Positions 29,253 through 39,917 are shown, counted from the first letter of the stretch. The stretch is DNA of 64,000 nucleotides from an uncultured Gammaproteobacteria bacterium (GCA_964514995.1 CAZETA010000001.1:15148-79147), one strand, 5' to 3'. Notes: a model not told the origin generated them from the sequence alone. Program-made: numbers and translations.

Positions 29253-29819
29253 TTAAAACTTCACCTGTACATTTTCTCGTTGCGCGGCATCAGTCTGGAA
29301 GAATTCGTATTTCTTAAATCCTAGTGAGTTGGCAATAAGGTTGGTAGGGAAAACCTGAATTTTGGTGTTGAAATCGCGGACATTGCCGTTGTAGAAGCGG
29401 CGAGAAGCCTGGATTTTATTTTCCGTATCACTGATTTCATCTTGTAGTTGCAAGAAATTCTGACTGGCCTTAAGATCAGGATAATTTTCAGAAACCGCAA
29501 ATAAAGTTTTGAGAGTGCCGGACAGCATATTTTCCGCTTGTTCTTTTTCTTGCAAAGTGGCACCCTGTTTGTTCTGCACAGCCATAGCCGCAGTACGAGC
29601 CTCGGTCAGTTTTACCAGTGTATTTTGTTCGTGAGTCATATAGCCCTTTACCGTCTCCACCAAATTTGGAATCAAATCATAACGGCGTTTGGTCTGGACA
29701 TCGATATCGCTAAAGGCTTCGTCAACTCTGTTTTTTGAACGGATCAAACCGTTGTAGACAGCAATAAGCCATAAAGCGATTACGGCTATAGCTGCGAGTA
29801 CTATATATGCTACGGACAT
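29253..29819 (-). CDS. lemA: LemA family protein
   Basis: N-terminal TM; RRYDLIPNLVETVKGY; ENYPDLKA; RRFYN; FPTN. Confidence 0.95.
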   Translation of the reverse strand: MSVAYIVLAAIAVIALWLIAVYNGLIRSKNRVDEAFSDIDVQTKRRYDLIPNLVETVKGYMTHEQNTLVKLTEARTAAMAVQNKQGATLQEKEQAENMLSGTLKTLFAVSENYPDLKASQNFLQLQDEISDTENKIQASRRFYNGNVRDFNTKIQVFPTNLIANSLGFKKYEFFQTDAAQRENVQVKF

Positions 29820-29937
29820 ACAATTAGTTAAAAGTTAAAGGTTTTAAAGTCAAAAGTCCTAATGGGTAGGCTATTGGCTTTTTTATTACCTTAGTATATG
29901 ATATAGCCATAAAAATAACAAGTTTACATACTTATAT

Positions 29938-31098
29938 ATGGTCACTTTGTTAATATTTGTAGCTGTTCTATTAGTATTGGTAGTTTCCCACGAATTTGGG
30001 CATTTTATTGCAGCCCGCAAGAGCGGGATGAAAGTCCATGAGTTTGGTTTTGGTTTTCCGCCTCGATTATTTGGTTTGCAATCCAGAAAAGATGAAACTG
30101 GCAAAAGAATTTGGAAATTTGTTTGGGGCAAACAACAGCCAGACGAAAATTTTGGCACACTGTATTCGGTTAATTTATTACCGCTCGGTGGGTTTGTAAA
30201 AATCAAAGGTGAAGATGGCGAAGAAGCCGGGCCAGATAGTTTTGCCGCCCAAAAAGCATGGAAACGAGGAGTAACACTGCTAGCTGGAGTGTTTATGAAC
30301 ATCTTGCTTGCACTTGTATTTCTATCAATCGCTTTTATGCTCGGCGCGCCACAAGCGACCGATAGTCTGCCACCTGATGCCAGAGTAGAGAATGCCCATC
30401 TAGAAATTATGGATGCGATAGTGGGCAAACCGGCAAGCGAGGCCGGATTGCAAAGCGGTGATGTTATTGTCAGCTTGGATTCTGCAGAAATTATAACCGT
30501 AAAAGAATTGCTTGCGTATATAGAGGCGCATAAAAATAATGAAATACAGGTGGTGGTAAAACGAGGCGATGAAATAGTAGAAAAAAATATCAAGCCGCTC
30601 GTGCATGCAGATAGTGGCAAAGCCGAGATCGGCGTCGCTCTAGTTGAAGTCGGTACAGTCAAGTATCCATGGTACAAAGCTATTTATTACGGTTTTGTCA
30701 TGACCGGATTGTATCTCAAACAAATCGTCTTATCTTTTTATTATCTAATTTCCCAACTGTTTGCTGGCGCACCAGTCGGAGAAGCGCTGTCTGGTCCGGT
30801 GGGTATCGCCGTGATGACTGGCAAGGTAGCCAAGCTTGGTTTCAATTATCTGCTTAACTTTATGGCGTTGCTATCTCTCAATTTGGCTATTATCAACGTC
30901 TTGCCAATCCCAGCACTTGATGGCGGGAGATTTTTGTTCTTGTTGATTAGTAAGATTAAAGGCAAGCCGCTCAATCAGAAATATGAACAGATAGCGCATG
31001 GCATTGGATTTTTTGTTTTGATTTCATTGGTGGTATTAATTACGATTAAAGACTTGGGAAATTTTGGAGGATTTTTTACGAATTTGTTTAATAGGTAG
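29938..31098 (+). CDS. rseP: RIP metalloprotease RseP (M50) with PDZ domain
   Basis: HEFGH, LPLGGFVKI, SGPVGI, NVLPIPALDGG. Confidence 0.93.
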   Translation: MVTLLIFVAVLLVLVVSHEFGHFIAARKSGMKVHEFGFGFPPRLFGLQSRKDETGKRIWKFVWGKQQPDENFGTLYSVNLLPLGGFVKIKGEDGEEAGPDSFAAQKAWKRGVTLLAGVFMNILLALVFLSIAFMLGAPQATDSLPPDARVENAHLEIMDAIVGKPASEAGLQSGDVIVSLDSAEIITVKELLAYIEAHKNNEIQVVVKRGDEIVEKNIKPLVHADSGKAEIGVALVEVGTVKYPWYKAIYYGFVMTGLYLKQIVLSFYYLISQLFAGAPVGEALSGPVGIAVMTGKVAKLGFNYLLNFMALLSLNLAIINVLPIPALDGGRFLFLLISKIKGKPLNQKYEQIAHGIGFFVLISLVVLITIKDLGNFGGFFTNLFNR

Positions 31099-31109
31099 GA
31101 AGATTGTGT

Positions 31110-32141
31110 ATGAAAGAAAAATTAGAACAATTAAAGACCGAGGCTTTATCAGCACTGCAATCAGTTAAAGACAAATTGCAATTAGAAGAACTGGAAAACA
31201 AACTGCTTGGCCGCAAGGGCGGTCAGCTTACCGAACTCTTAAAAGGTCTGAAAGATCTGACTGAGGATGCACGAAAAGAAGTTGGTCAGATGGCAAATGA
31301 AGTAAAGAAAAATCTAGAAGAACTATTTGCAAACAAGAAAAAAGAATTTGTAGCTCAGGAAATGTCAGGACTGCTTGAGAAAGAATATATCGATATTACG
31401 CAGCCAGTATTGCCTCCGCAAACAGTTGGCCATTTACATCCCAATACTATTATCCAAAACGACTTGGAAGATCTTTTTACGTCCATGGGCTTTATGGTGT
31501 TAGATGGTCCAGAACTAGAAAGTGAATATTATAATTTCACTGCTTTAAATATCCCACAGAATCATCCGGCACGGGACATGCAGGATACCTTCTATATCAA
31601 AGATCATCCAGATTGGGTGATGCGGACGCATACATCGCCCGTGCAGGTACGGTCTATGCAAAAATACGGCGCGCCGCTACGTGGTATTGTGCCGGGGAAA
31701 TGTTTCCGTAATGAAGCTACTGACGTTCGTCACGAACATACTTTTTATCAGCTTGAAGGATTGATGGTGGATAAAGGAATCAGCTTTGCGCATATGAAAG
31801 GCGTCTTACAGTCAGTCTTTCAATATATTTTTGGTCCAGAAACCAAGATTCGTCTGCGGCCGAAATTTTATCCCTTCGTAGAGCCAGGAGTAAATGGGGA
31901 AGTAACTTGTTATTTGTGCAAAGGTTCTGGCTGCAGAGTGTGTAAGCAGACTGGCTGGCTTGAGGTGTTTGGCGCAGGTATGATTCATCCAAATGTCTTG
32001 CGAGAAGGAAATGTTGACCCAAGTGTTTATCAAGGATTTGCCTTTGGTTTTGGATTGACGAGACTGGTGATGTTAAAATATGGCATAGAAGATGTGCGAT
32101 TATTGGAAAGTGGAAATTTGAAATTTTTGGAACAGTTTTAG
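31110..32141 (+). CDS. pheS: Phenylalanine-tRNA ligase alpha subunit
   Basis: HPARDMQDTFY, RTHTSPVQ, YPFVEP, CxxCxxxGCxxC, GFAFGFG. Confidence 0.96.
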   Translation: MKEKLEQLKTEALSALQSVKDKLQLEELENKLLGRKGGQLTELLKGLKDLTEDARKEVGQMANEVKKNLEELFANKKKEFVAQEMSGLLEKEYIDITQPVLPPQTVGHLHPNTIIQNDLEDLFTSMGFMVLDGPELESEYYNFTALNIPQNHPARDMQDTFYIKDHPDWVMRTHTSPVQVRSMQKYGAPLRGIVPGKCFRNEATDVRHEHTFYQLEGLMVDKGISFAHMKGVLQSVFQYIFGPETKIRLRPKFYPFVEPGVNGEVTCYLCKGSGCRVCKQTGWLEVFGAGMIHPNVLREGNVDPSVYQGFAFGFGLTRLVMLKYGIEDVRLLESGNLKFLEQF

Positions 32142-32149
32142 ATTAAAAT

Positions 32150-32335
32150 ATGGGAAATCAACAGCAGTTTAGTTTTAAAAGAATGTTAAAAGTATTAGGA
32201 ATTAGTCTCGGTATTTTTTCAATTGCTACAATTTTGTTTACTAGTGGAATTTTTGCCCTTATTAAAATTAATGATAAAACTACATGTGAAGCAGTAAAAA
32301 AGGGTGCTATTAATGAGAATGAAATAGTATGTTAG
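32150..32335 (+). CDS. Small single-TM hypothetical protein
   Basis: 61-aa ORF filling the pheS-pheT gap and overlapping the pheT start. Confidence 0.45.
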   Translation: MGNQQQFSFKRMLKVLGISLGIFSIATILFTSGIFALIKINDKTTCEAVKKGAINENEIVC

Positions 32336-34776
32336 TCTCCTATAATTGGCTCAAAAAATTCGTTAATCTTTCTGATTCCACTGCGCCTGAGGAAGTAGCC
32401 GCTCGGCTGAAGGCAAGTACCGTGGAAGTAGAAAATATAGAAGTCCAAGGAAAAAATTTGGAGAATGTTGTAATTGGGAAGATTCTATCTGTAGAAAAAC
32501 ATCCCAATGCCGATAAATTGAAAGTCTGTATAGTTGATGTTGGGAGTGAAAAATTACAAATTGTCTGTGGCGGTAGCAATGTAGCCGCGGGGATGCAGGT
32601 GGCGCTCGCCAAAGTCGGCGCTAAAGTGAAATGGCATGGAGAGGGTGAATTGATAGAGCTCAAACCAACCAAAATTCGTGACGTAGAGTCTGCAGGCATG
32701 ATTTGTGCCTCTACCGAAATCGGACTGGGTGAGGTATTTCCTCTCAAAGAAGAAAAAGAAATTTTAGATCTATCATTTATCAAAGCCAAGCCGGGAACGC
32801 CGCTGGTCAAGGCGTTAGAGCTCAATGACGCAATTTTAGAAATTGATAACAAGTCACTGAGCAACCGCCCTGATTTGTGGGGCCACTACGGTATGGCTAG
32901 AGAAGTGGCGGTGTTATTTAATAAAAATTTAAAGGAGTATAAGACAGGCAAGATCAAGGCTGGAAAAGAAATGAGTATTAAAGTCGTAGTTGAAGATGGT
33001 AAGTTGTGTCCGCGGTATATGGCCGTGGCTGTGTCTGGGGTGAAAGTCGGCCCTTCGCCGGAATGGTTGAAAAAATGTTTGATGGCAGTAGGTCTCCGCA
33101 GTATCAATAATATCGTAGACATTACAAATTTTGTCATGCTTGATTTGGGTCAGCCGATGCACGCGTTTGATGCCCAGCAATTAGCAGATGGTAATAAACA
33201 AATAACAATACAAGTCCGAAACGCCAAAGAGGGAGAAGAGTTTGTGACGCTTGATGAGCAGGTGAGAAAACTAGACTCTTCCATGTTGATGATTTGTACG
33301 GAGGATAAGTCATTGGCTATCGCTGGTGTGATGGGTGGCCTGCATAGCGGTATCACCGAGCAGACCAGCACTATCGTTTTTGAATCAGCTAATTTCGATG
33401 CCGCTGCTATTCGCAGCACTTCCACTAAGTTAGGTTTGCGCAGCGACTCTTCGGCCCGATTTGAAAAGAGTTTGGACCCACACATGACTGCGCTTGCTTT
33501 GCAAAAAGCGGTTGAGCTTGTATTGCAGATTTGTCCGGGAGCGAAAGTTGCCACTAAAGTCGTCGACGAATCAAAATTTAGTCTCAAGCAAGGGCCGATA
33601 CAATTTAATTTAAATTTAGTAGAAAGAAAAATTGGTATTGCTTTGCCGAAAAAAGAGGTAACAAAAATTTTAGAACAATTAGGTTTTGAGATAAAAGAAA
33701 AAAAAGATGAATGGTCGGTCAAAATTCCGAGTTGGCGCGCGACCAAAGACATTTCTATTGCCGAAGATTTAGTGGAAGAGATTGTCCGTGTGTACGGTTA
33801 TGATAAAATTCCGTCCATGATGCCAGATTTTCCTATTAACCCGCCGGAAGAAAATAAATTGCGACAATTAGAACGGAAAGTTAAGAATGTATTAGTAAAT
33901 TCTTTGCAATATACAGAAGTCTATAATTATTCTTTTGTCAGTGGCAGCCAGATAGAAAAGATGGAAGATGATGTTTTGAAATATGTTGCCTTAGATAATC
34001 CGTTGTCAAAAGAGAAGCCATATCTCCGCCGTTGTCTATTATTAAATCTGTTAGAAAACACAGAGCGTAATCAGGCAGGTAAAGAGAGTTTGAAATTATT
34101 TGAAATCGGTAAAGTTTTCAGATCAGAAGATCCTGGGTTTAAAGTAGAGATAAGCGCCGACGCTTTGTTGCCGGGACAAGATACTTGGCTTACTACCGTA
34201 TGTACGGATAAGAGAACCGAGACTCCGTTTTGGGAAGCAAAAAAAATTGTCGAATTGTTTGGGCAAACGATCTTGCCGGGATTGTTAGCTGCAAAATCAG
34301 AAATTGTTGGTATCGGAAGGCATCCGGCCCGATGTGCCGATTTAGTTATGCGGGATAAAATAGTTGGTTCAGTGTATGAGTTGCATCCGCTCGTAGCCCA
34401 GAATTTTGGTGTAGAGGGACGTGTGGGGGTAGTGAAGTTAAATCTAAGCGAAGTGGTCGAGATGGCACAGGTAGAAAAGAAGTATATTTCTTTGGTTGAA
34501 TTTCCGTCGGTAGAGCGTGACGTTGCTTTTGTGGTAAGTAAACATACTTCACACGCCGATGTTGTGATGGCTGTAGCTAATATCGATCCATTACTTAAAT
34601 CAGTAGAATTATTTGATGTGTACGAGGGCGCAAATCTTGGCGCAGATAAAAAAAGCATGGCCTATCGACTGGTGTATCAAGATTCTTCCCGCACACTCGT
34701 GACGGAAGAAGTGGAAAAAGCGCATCAGAAAGTAGTTAATCTTCTAAAAGAAAAATTTAAGGCGGAGATACGGTAA
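32329..34776 (+). CDS. pheT: Phenylalanine-tRNA ligase beta subunit
   Basis: HPNADKL, NRPDL, INNIVDITN, GQPMHAFD, EDLVEEIVRVYGY, C-terminal FDX-ACB (ERDVAF, LFDVYEG). Confidence 0.96.
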   Translation: MLVSYNWLKKFVNLSDSTAPEEVAARLKASTVEVENIEVQGKNLENVVIGKILSVEKHPNADKLKVCIVDVGSEKLQIVCGGSNVAAGMQVALAKVGAKVKWHGEGELIELKPTKIRDVESAGMICASTEIGLGEVFPLKEEKEILDLSFIKAKPGTPLVKALELNDAILEIDNKSLSNRPDLWGHYGMAREVAVLFNKNLKEYKTGKIKAGKEMSIKVVVEDGKLCPRYMAVAVSGVKVGPSPEWLKKCLMAVGLRSINNIVDITNFVMLDLGQPMHAFDAQQLADGNKQITIQVRNAKEGEEFVTLDEQVRKLDSSMLMICTEDKSLAIAGVMGGLHSGITEQTSTIVFESANFDAAAIRSTSTKLGLRSDSSARFEKSLDPHMTALALQKAVELVLQICPGAKVATKVVDESKFSLKQGPIQFNLNLVERKIGIALPKKEVTKILEQLGFEIKEKKDEWSVKIPSWRATKDISIAEDLVEEIVRVYGYDKIPSMMPDFPINPPEENKLRQLERKVKNVLVNSLQYTEVYNYSFVSGSQIEKMEDDVLKYVALDNPLSKEKPYLRRCLLLNLLENTERNQAGKESLKLFEIGKVFRSEDPGFKVEISADALLPGQDTWLTTVCTDKRTETPFWEAKKIVELFGQTILPGLLAAKSEIVGIGRHPARCADLVMRDKIVGSVYELHPLVAQNFGVEGRVGVVKLNLSEVVEMAQVEKKYISLVEFPSVERDVAFVVSKHTSHADVVMAVANIDPLLKSVELFDVYEGANLGADKKSMAYRLVYQDSSRTLVTEEVEKAHQKVVNLLKEKFKAEIR

Positions 34777-34851
34777 TTTTTTCTTGACACAAATTTTTGT
34801 GGATGAGATAATATGATTATATTAAATTAATTTTTTAATTTTGGAGGGAAT

Positions 34852-35238
34852 ATGATTGAATCTTCAAAAGATATTTTATATCTCGTCATCGCGTTCTGTG
34901 TATTGTGGGTTACCGTATTTCTTTGTTGGATGTTCTATTACGTGACTAGAATTTTAAAAAATGCCAATCAGATCGCCGAGGAGTTTCGTTCCCGATTGCA
35001 AATGCTTACTGAAGCAATTAATTATTTGCGAGATAAGGTGGAAAATATTCATGGACTGTTGAGTATGGCTAGCGGCGGAGTGGCGGGAATGGTAAAAAGT
35101 GTGGTAAGCAAGAAAGCTACGGAGTGGATTAATAAGGGTTCGGCCAGAGCAAATACTGCGGCTAGAGACGCGGTAGAAAAAGCCGTTGAAGCCACGGCAA
35201 AAAAGATGAAAAAGACCGTGAAGAATATAAAAAAATAA
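34852..35238 (+). CDS. Membrane-anchored coiled-coil hypothetical protein
   Basis: N-terminal TM followed by an amphipathic helical region. Confidence 0.7.
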   Translation: MIESSKDILYLVIAFCVLWVTVFLCWMFYYVTRILKNANQIAEEFRSRLQMLTEAINYLRDKVENIHGLLSMASGGVAGMVKSVVSKKATEWINKGSARANTAARDAVEKAVEATAKKMKKTVKNIKK

Positions 35239-35253
35239 ACACTTATATAACAG

Positions 35254-35280
35254 AAAACTCCCACGTAATGGGAGTTTTTT
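35254..35280 (+). terminator. Intrinsic terminator
   Basis: AAAACTCCCA-cgtaa-TGGGAGTTTTTT. Confidence 0.8.
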
Positions 35281-35314
35281 AGTCGTTGATTTTGTTGTTT
35301 CTTTGGGGTAAGAT

Positions 35315-38300
35315 ATGAAAACTATGTCAGACTTTGTTCACCTCCATAACCACTCCCATTATTCTCTGCTTGATGCGCTGCCAAAAGTAGACGAGCTGGT
35401 TGGTCGTGCCAAAAAATTAGGTTACACTGCTTTGGCTCTGACTGACCACGGCAATATGTATGGCGCCATCGAATTCTATGAGGCATGTCAGAAAGAAGGT
35501 ATCAAACCGATTATCGGTGTAGAAGTGTATATCGCTGCGGGTAGTCATTTGGAAAAAAATCGAGAAGAGAATACCTATCACCTGGTGCTTCTCGCTCTCA
35601 ATTATGCGGGCTATAAAAATTTAATGAAGCTCATTTCTATTTCGCAGCTGGAAGGATTCACCGATAAGCCGCGGGTGGATAAAGAATTATTAAAACAATA
35701 TCACGAAGGAGTAGTGGCGTTATCAGGTTGTCTTGAAGGTGAGATACCGTGGATTTTGCGCAAAGAAGATAATTATGCGAAGTCAAAAAAAGTCGCTTTG
35801 GAGTACCAAGATATTTTTGGAATCGGAAATTTTTATTTAGAGATGATGGATTTACCGGCGCTAGAAGGACAGATGGATGTGAATACTAAATTGGCGCAGT
35901 TGTCTGCTGAGACAGGCATACCGCTCATCGTCACTCGTGATACGCACTATCTCGAGCCTCAGGACGCCGAGGCGCAGGATGTCCTTACCTGTATTCGCGA
36001 CGGCCAAACTCTGGAGAACGATAGTCGTAACAGTATGAGCGCGGTTGATTATTCTTTCTGCGCGCCCAAAGATATCATCAGTCGTTTCAAACACATTCCG
36101 CAGGCTATAGAAAACACCGTGAAGTTGGCAGAGCGAGTGGATTTGAAATTGGAATTAAATAAATGGCATTTTCCGGATATCAAAATTCCGGATGGGAAAA
36201 CCGCGGACGAGTATTTGCGGGAGCAGGTGTATGAAAAATTGCCGAAACGGATCGAGATGACTGAAGAGGTAAAGAAACGCGCTGATTACGAGCTAGATAT
36301 TATTGCCAAGAAGGGCTATTCGCCATATTTTTTGACCGTAGCTGATTATATCAATTACGCTCGGGATAATGGCATTATGGTGACCACTCGCGGCTCGGCG
36401 GCTGGCTCTGTTGTTTCCTTTGCTATGGGTATTGTCATGGACAATCCGTTGTATTTTAAGTTGCCGTTTGAGCGCTTCCTGAATCCATTTCGTCCGAGTC
36501 CTCCCGATATTGACGGCGATTTTGCCGACGATAGGCGCGATGAGATGATTGCTTATGTGACCAAAAAATATGGCGCCGATAAAGTCGCGCAGATCATTAC
36601 CTTTGGTACGATGGCGGCGCGAGGCGCGGTGCGCGATGTGGGCCGAGCGCTTGGCTATTCATATTCGTTTTGTGATCAGATTTCCAAGCTGATTCCATTT
36701 GGCGCCCAAGGGTTTCAGATGACGATTGCTAAAGCGTTAACCCTTGAACCAGAACTTAAAAAGTTATATGACAAGAACGCAGAGGTGAAACGGCTGCTTG
36801 ATCTCGCGCAAAAAGTAGAGGGTTGCGCCCGGCATACCTCTATTCACGCGGCGGGCGTGGTGATTTCCCCTACACCGCTTACGGATTTTACTCCCGTGCA
36901 ACTTGAAACCGGCGGGGATAAAACCGTCACTCAATATGAAATGCATGCGGTAGAGGCGGCCGGAGTGCTTAAGATGGATTTTTTGGGCATCCGCAATCTT
37001 TCTATCCTTGGTAACGCTATCGAGATTATCGAGAAAACAACCGGCCAAAAAATAAATGTCTACAATTTGTATCCATGGAATGACAAAAAAACATATGAGA
37101 TGTTGGCGCGCGGAGAAACAGTCGGTGTCTTTCAGATGTCCAGTTCCGGCATGACTAGATACTTAAAAGAACTGAAGCCCAGCTCTATTTTTGATATCAT
37201 GGCCATGGTGGCCCTGTTTCGTCCGGGGCCTATGGATTCAATCCCGAGCTATATTGAGCGTCAGCAAAATCCTCAGACGATTGAGTATGAAGATCCGCGC
37301 ATGAAAGACTATCTCGATCAATCTCTGGGGTTGATTGTGTACCAGGATGACGTGCTTCTGACCGCTATCAATTTAGCCGGATACAATTGGGAAGAAGCCG
37401 ACAAATTCCGTAAGGCCATGGGTAAAAAAATTCCCGAAGAAATGGCTAAGCAGAAAGAGAAATTTTATAAAGGCGCTAAGGAGTTCGGAAAATTGTCTCA
37501 AGAAAAAATCGATCGCTTGTGGGAACGCATCGAGCCGTTTGCGGCGTATGGGTTCAATAAAGCGCATGCGGCCAGCTATGCGGTCGTGGCGTATCAGACG
37601 GCATATCTCAAAGCAAATTTTCCGGTGCAATATATGACGGCGGTACTTATCGCAGAAAGTGGTGATATTGATAAAGTCCCCGAAATCATCCATGAATGCG
37701 AGCGCATGGGTGTAAAAGTCTTGCCGCCCGATATCAATGAAAGTTTCAAGAGTTTTGCCATGATCCCCGGTACAGAGGGTGAGCAGGCCCATATTCGGTT
37801 TGGCTTAAACGGTATTAAAAATCTTGGTGAAAACATTGCTGAAGCAATCTATCGTGAGCGCAAGGCAAATGGGAAGTACAAAGACCTGCAAGACTTATTA
37901 ACCAGAGTGACAGATAAAGATCTCAATAAGAAATCAATAGAGAGTTTGATCAAATGCGGCGCTTTGGATGGTTTTGGTCATGATCGAGGGGTGTTGCTCG
38001 CCAATATTGATAACCTGCTTTCGTTTGTAAAACAAACTCGCGATGATCGACAGGTTTCATCCCAGCATTCATTGTTTAGTGGTACGAGCATCGATACAGT
38101 GGTCAAATTAAAGTTGGCAGAAGCGGTAAATGCGACCGAAGCGGAAAAATTAACTTGGGAGAAAGAATTATTGGGATTGTATATTACTTCTCATCCATTT
38201 AGCTTTTATCAGGAACAGATGAAAGCAGCCTTGGTGCCCCTCAAAGATCTATCCAGTCAAGCCCGCAACCAATGGGTAGTGGTGGGCGGCATGATTGATT

Positions 38301-38788
38301 CTACAAAGAAAAAAATTACCCGTAGTGGCAAAGCGATGATGTTTGTAAAAATTTTGGATACCACTAGCAGTTTGGAGTTATTGGTCTTTCCAAAAACCTA
38401 CGAAACCACAGCCGATGTCTGGGTGGAAGGCAGGCCTGTGTGTGTGATTGGTCGTACTTCGGAGGAAGAAGGAGATGATAAATTGTTTGTAGAAAAGGCC
38501 TACGTACTAGGCAAAGATAATGTCGGTATGCTGGCACATCAGCTGTCTATGGGGAAAAGCGCAGCACCTGTAAAAGAATCTCCGCAAGAAAAATTGCTTG
38601 ATACATTTGATATCTTCTTAACGCAAGAGCAAATAAAAAATAATGCCGAGGTGATCAAGCAAATATTGGCAAAATATCCAGGAGAAAAGAAGGTGGTTTT
38701 GCGTGTCGGAGAAAAAAGTATCAACACTTCCTTTGTCGTTTCTGGCGAACCTGGCTTAGAAGAAGAATTGAGAACAATTATTGAGTAG
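35315..38788 (+). CDS. dnaE: DNA polymerase III alpha subunit
   Basis: PHP domain (HLHNHSHYS, TDHGN), RGSAAGS, FERFLNP, PDIDGDF, KMDFLG, YGFNKAH, OB-fold. Confidence 0.97.
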   Translation: MKTMSDFVHLHNHSHYSLLDALPKVDELVGRAKKLGYTALALTDHGNMYGAIEFYEACQKEGIKPIIGVEVYIAAGSHLEKNREENTYHLVLLALNYAGYKNLMKLISISQLEGFTDKPRVDKELLKQYHEGVVALSGCLEGEIPWILRKEDNYAKSKKVALEYQDIFGIGNFYLEMMDLPALEGQMDVNTKLAQLSAETGIPLIVTRDTHYLEPQDAEAQDVLTCIRDGQTLENDSRNSMSAVDYSFCAPKDIISRFKHIPQAIENTVKLAERVDLKLELNKWHFPDIKIPDGKTADEYLREQVYEKLPKRIEMTEEVKKRADYELDIIAKKGYSPYFLTVADYINYARDNGIMVTTRGSAAGSVVSFAMGIVMDNPLYFKLPFERFLNPFRPSPPDIDGDFADDRRDEMIAYVTKKYGADKVAQIITFGTMAARGAVRDVGRALGYSYSFCDQISKLIPFGAQGFQMTIAKALTLEPELKKLYDKNAEVKRLLDLAQKVEGCARHTSIHAAGVVISPTPLTDFTPVQLETGGDKTVTQYEMHAVEAAGVLKMDFLGIRNLSILGNAIEIIEKTTGQKINVYNLYPWNDKKTYEMLARGETVGVFQMSSSGMTRYLKELKPSSIFDIMAMVALFRPGPMDSIPSYIERQQNPQTIEYEDPRMKDYLDQSLGLIVYQDDVLLTAINLAGYNWEEADKFRKAMGKKIPEEMAKQKEKFYKGAKEFGKLSQEKIDRLWERIEPFAAYGFNKAHAASYAVVAYQTAYLKANFPVQYMTAVLIAESGDIDKVPEIIHECERMGVKVLPPDINESFKSFAMIPGTEGEQAHIRFGLNGIKNLGENIAEAIYRERKANGKYKDLQDLLTRVTDKDLNKKSIESLIKCGALDGFGHDRGVLLANIDNLLSFVKQTRDDRQVSSQHSLFSGTSIDTVVKLKLAEAVNATEAEKLTWEKELLGLYITSHPFSFYQEQMKAALVPLKDLSSQARNQWVVVGGMIDSTKKKITRSGKAMMFVKILDTTSSLELLVFPKTYETTADVWVEGRPVCVIGRTSEEEGDDKLFVEKAYVLGKDNVGMLAHQLSMGKSAAPVKESPQEKLLDTFDIFLTQEQIKNNAEVIKQILAKYPGEKKVVLRVGEKSINTSFVVSGEPGLEEELRTIIE

Positions 38789-39917
38789 TATCTACTTTCC
38801 AATTTGGGTCAACCATAATTTTTTCCCAAGCAGTGAATTCTTTTTTGAGAGCATGATTATAGCTGGCCGCCGCGATCATAGCGCCGTTATCCATGGCATA
38901 TTTTAATTCTGGAATTTGTACACTCATCTCAGGAAATCTGGCATTGATTTCTTTTTGTAAAGTTTCGCGAAGTTTTTTATTGGCACTGACACCGCCGCCA
39001 AGAATGACGGTTTTTGGTTTATACTCTTCCGCGGCTTTGATGGTTTTTGTGACCAGCACATCAATTATGGTCTGTTCAAAGCTGGCGCAAAAATCATTGA
39101 TTGAAACGCCACCGGTTGTTTGGTTGTCATTCTGAGGGAGAGAATCGACCGAAGAATCCCTTTCGTTTGTGTTTAAGGGATCCTTCGCGTTGCTCAGGAT
39201 GACGCCAGAAATTTGATTGTCCCGCAACCAATACAGTGCCGAAGTTTTCAGTCCCGAAAAACTAAAGTTATAATCGCCGCTATCAAGCATGGGGCGAGGG
39301 AAGTGGATGGCTTTGGTATTTCCTTCCAGAGCTAATTTGGATATTTGCGGTCCGCCTGGATACGGAAGTCCAAGGAGTTTGGCAACTTTATCAAAACATT
39401 CTCCGGCCGCATCGTCTCTGGTTGAGCCAAGAATTTTATACTGGCCATGATTCTTCATTAGAATTAATTCCGTATGTCCGCCACTGACGATCAGAGCGAG
39501 AGCGGGAAATTGTATTGCAGGTTGAACAAGTTTTGCATTTTCTAATTGAGGGTTTACCACTTGGGTTGAATAGATATGTCCCTCGATATGGTTGGTGGCC
39601 ACCAGCGGTATATTCCAGGCATAAGAGAGGGTGCGAGCAGCTTCTACACCAACAAGTAATCCGGTAATGAGTCCCGGTCCGGCAGTCACCGCAATCACGT
39701 CTGGCCGCGGTTGATTCTCAAGGACTGCTTCAATAAGCGGTACTATTTTTTCCGCATGCATACGGCCGGCGATTTCCGGTACCACGCCGCCATATTTTTT
39801 GTGCACATCAATTTGGGAGGCGGTTTTTTCTGACACCACAAAAAATCCATTATCAGAACAGTCTAATAAGGCCACGGATGTATCGTCACAGGATGATTCG
39901 ATGCCGAGAATTAACAT
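38778..39917 (-). CDS. tsaD: tRNA N6-adenosine threonylcarbamoyltransferase TsaD (with 26-aa palindromic insert)
   Basis: ILGIESSCDDT, GGVVPE, HIEGH, VSGGHT, DDAAGE.FDK, SFSGLKT, GGVSAN, DNGAMIA. Confidence 0.96.
   Translation of the reverse strand: MLILGIESSCDDTSVALLDCSDNGFFVVSEKTASQIDVHKKYGGVVPEIAGRMHAEKIVPLIEAVLENQPRPDVIAVTAGPGLITGLLVGVEAARTLSYAWNIPLVATNHIEGHIYSTQVVNPQLENAKLVQPAIQFPALALIVSGGHTELILMKNHGQYKILGSTRDDAAGECFDKVAKLLGLPYPGGPQISKLALEGNTKAIHFPRPMLDSGDYNFSFSGLKTSALYWLRDNQISGVILSNAKDPLNTNERDSSVDSLPQNDNQTTGGVSINDFCASFEQTIIDVLVTKTIKAAEEYKPKTVILGGGVSANKKLRETLQKEINARFPEMSVQIPELKYAMDNGAMIAAASYNHALKKEFTAWEKIMVDPNWKVDTTQ
39126..39203. repeat. 78-bp palindromic (REP/RPE-like) element inserted in frame in tsaD
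   Basis: Terminal inverted repeat GTCATTCTGAG...CTCAGGATGAC with inner ATCCCTT/AAGGGAT arms. 78 bp equals 26 codons. Confidence 0.75.

Noticed and set aside
29886-30677. Long antisense ORFs (this one and many others in the track)
   Set aside because: They are shadows of well-supported genes on the opposite strand and have no motifs of their own.
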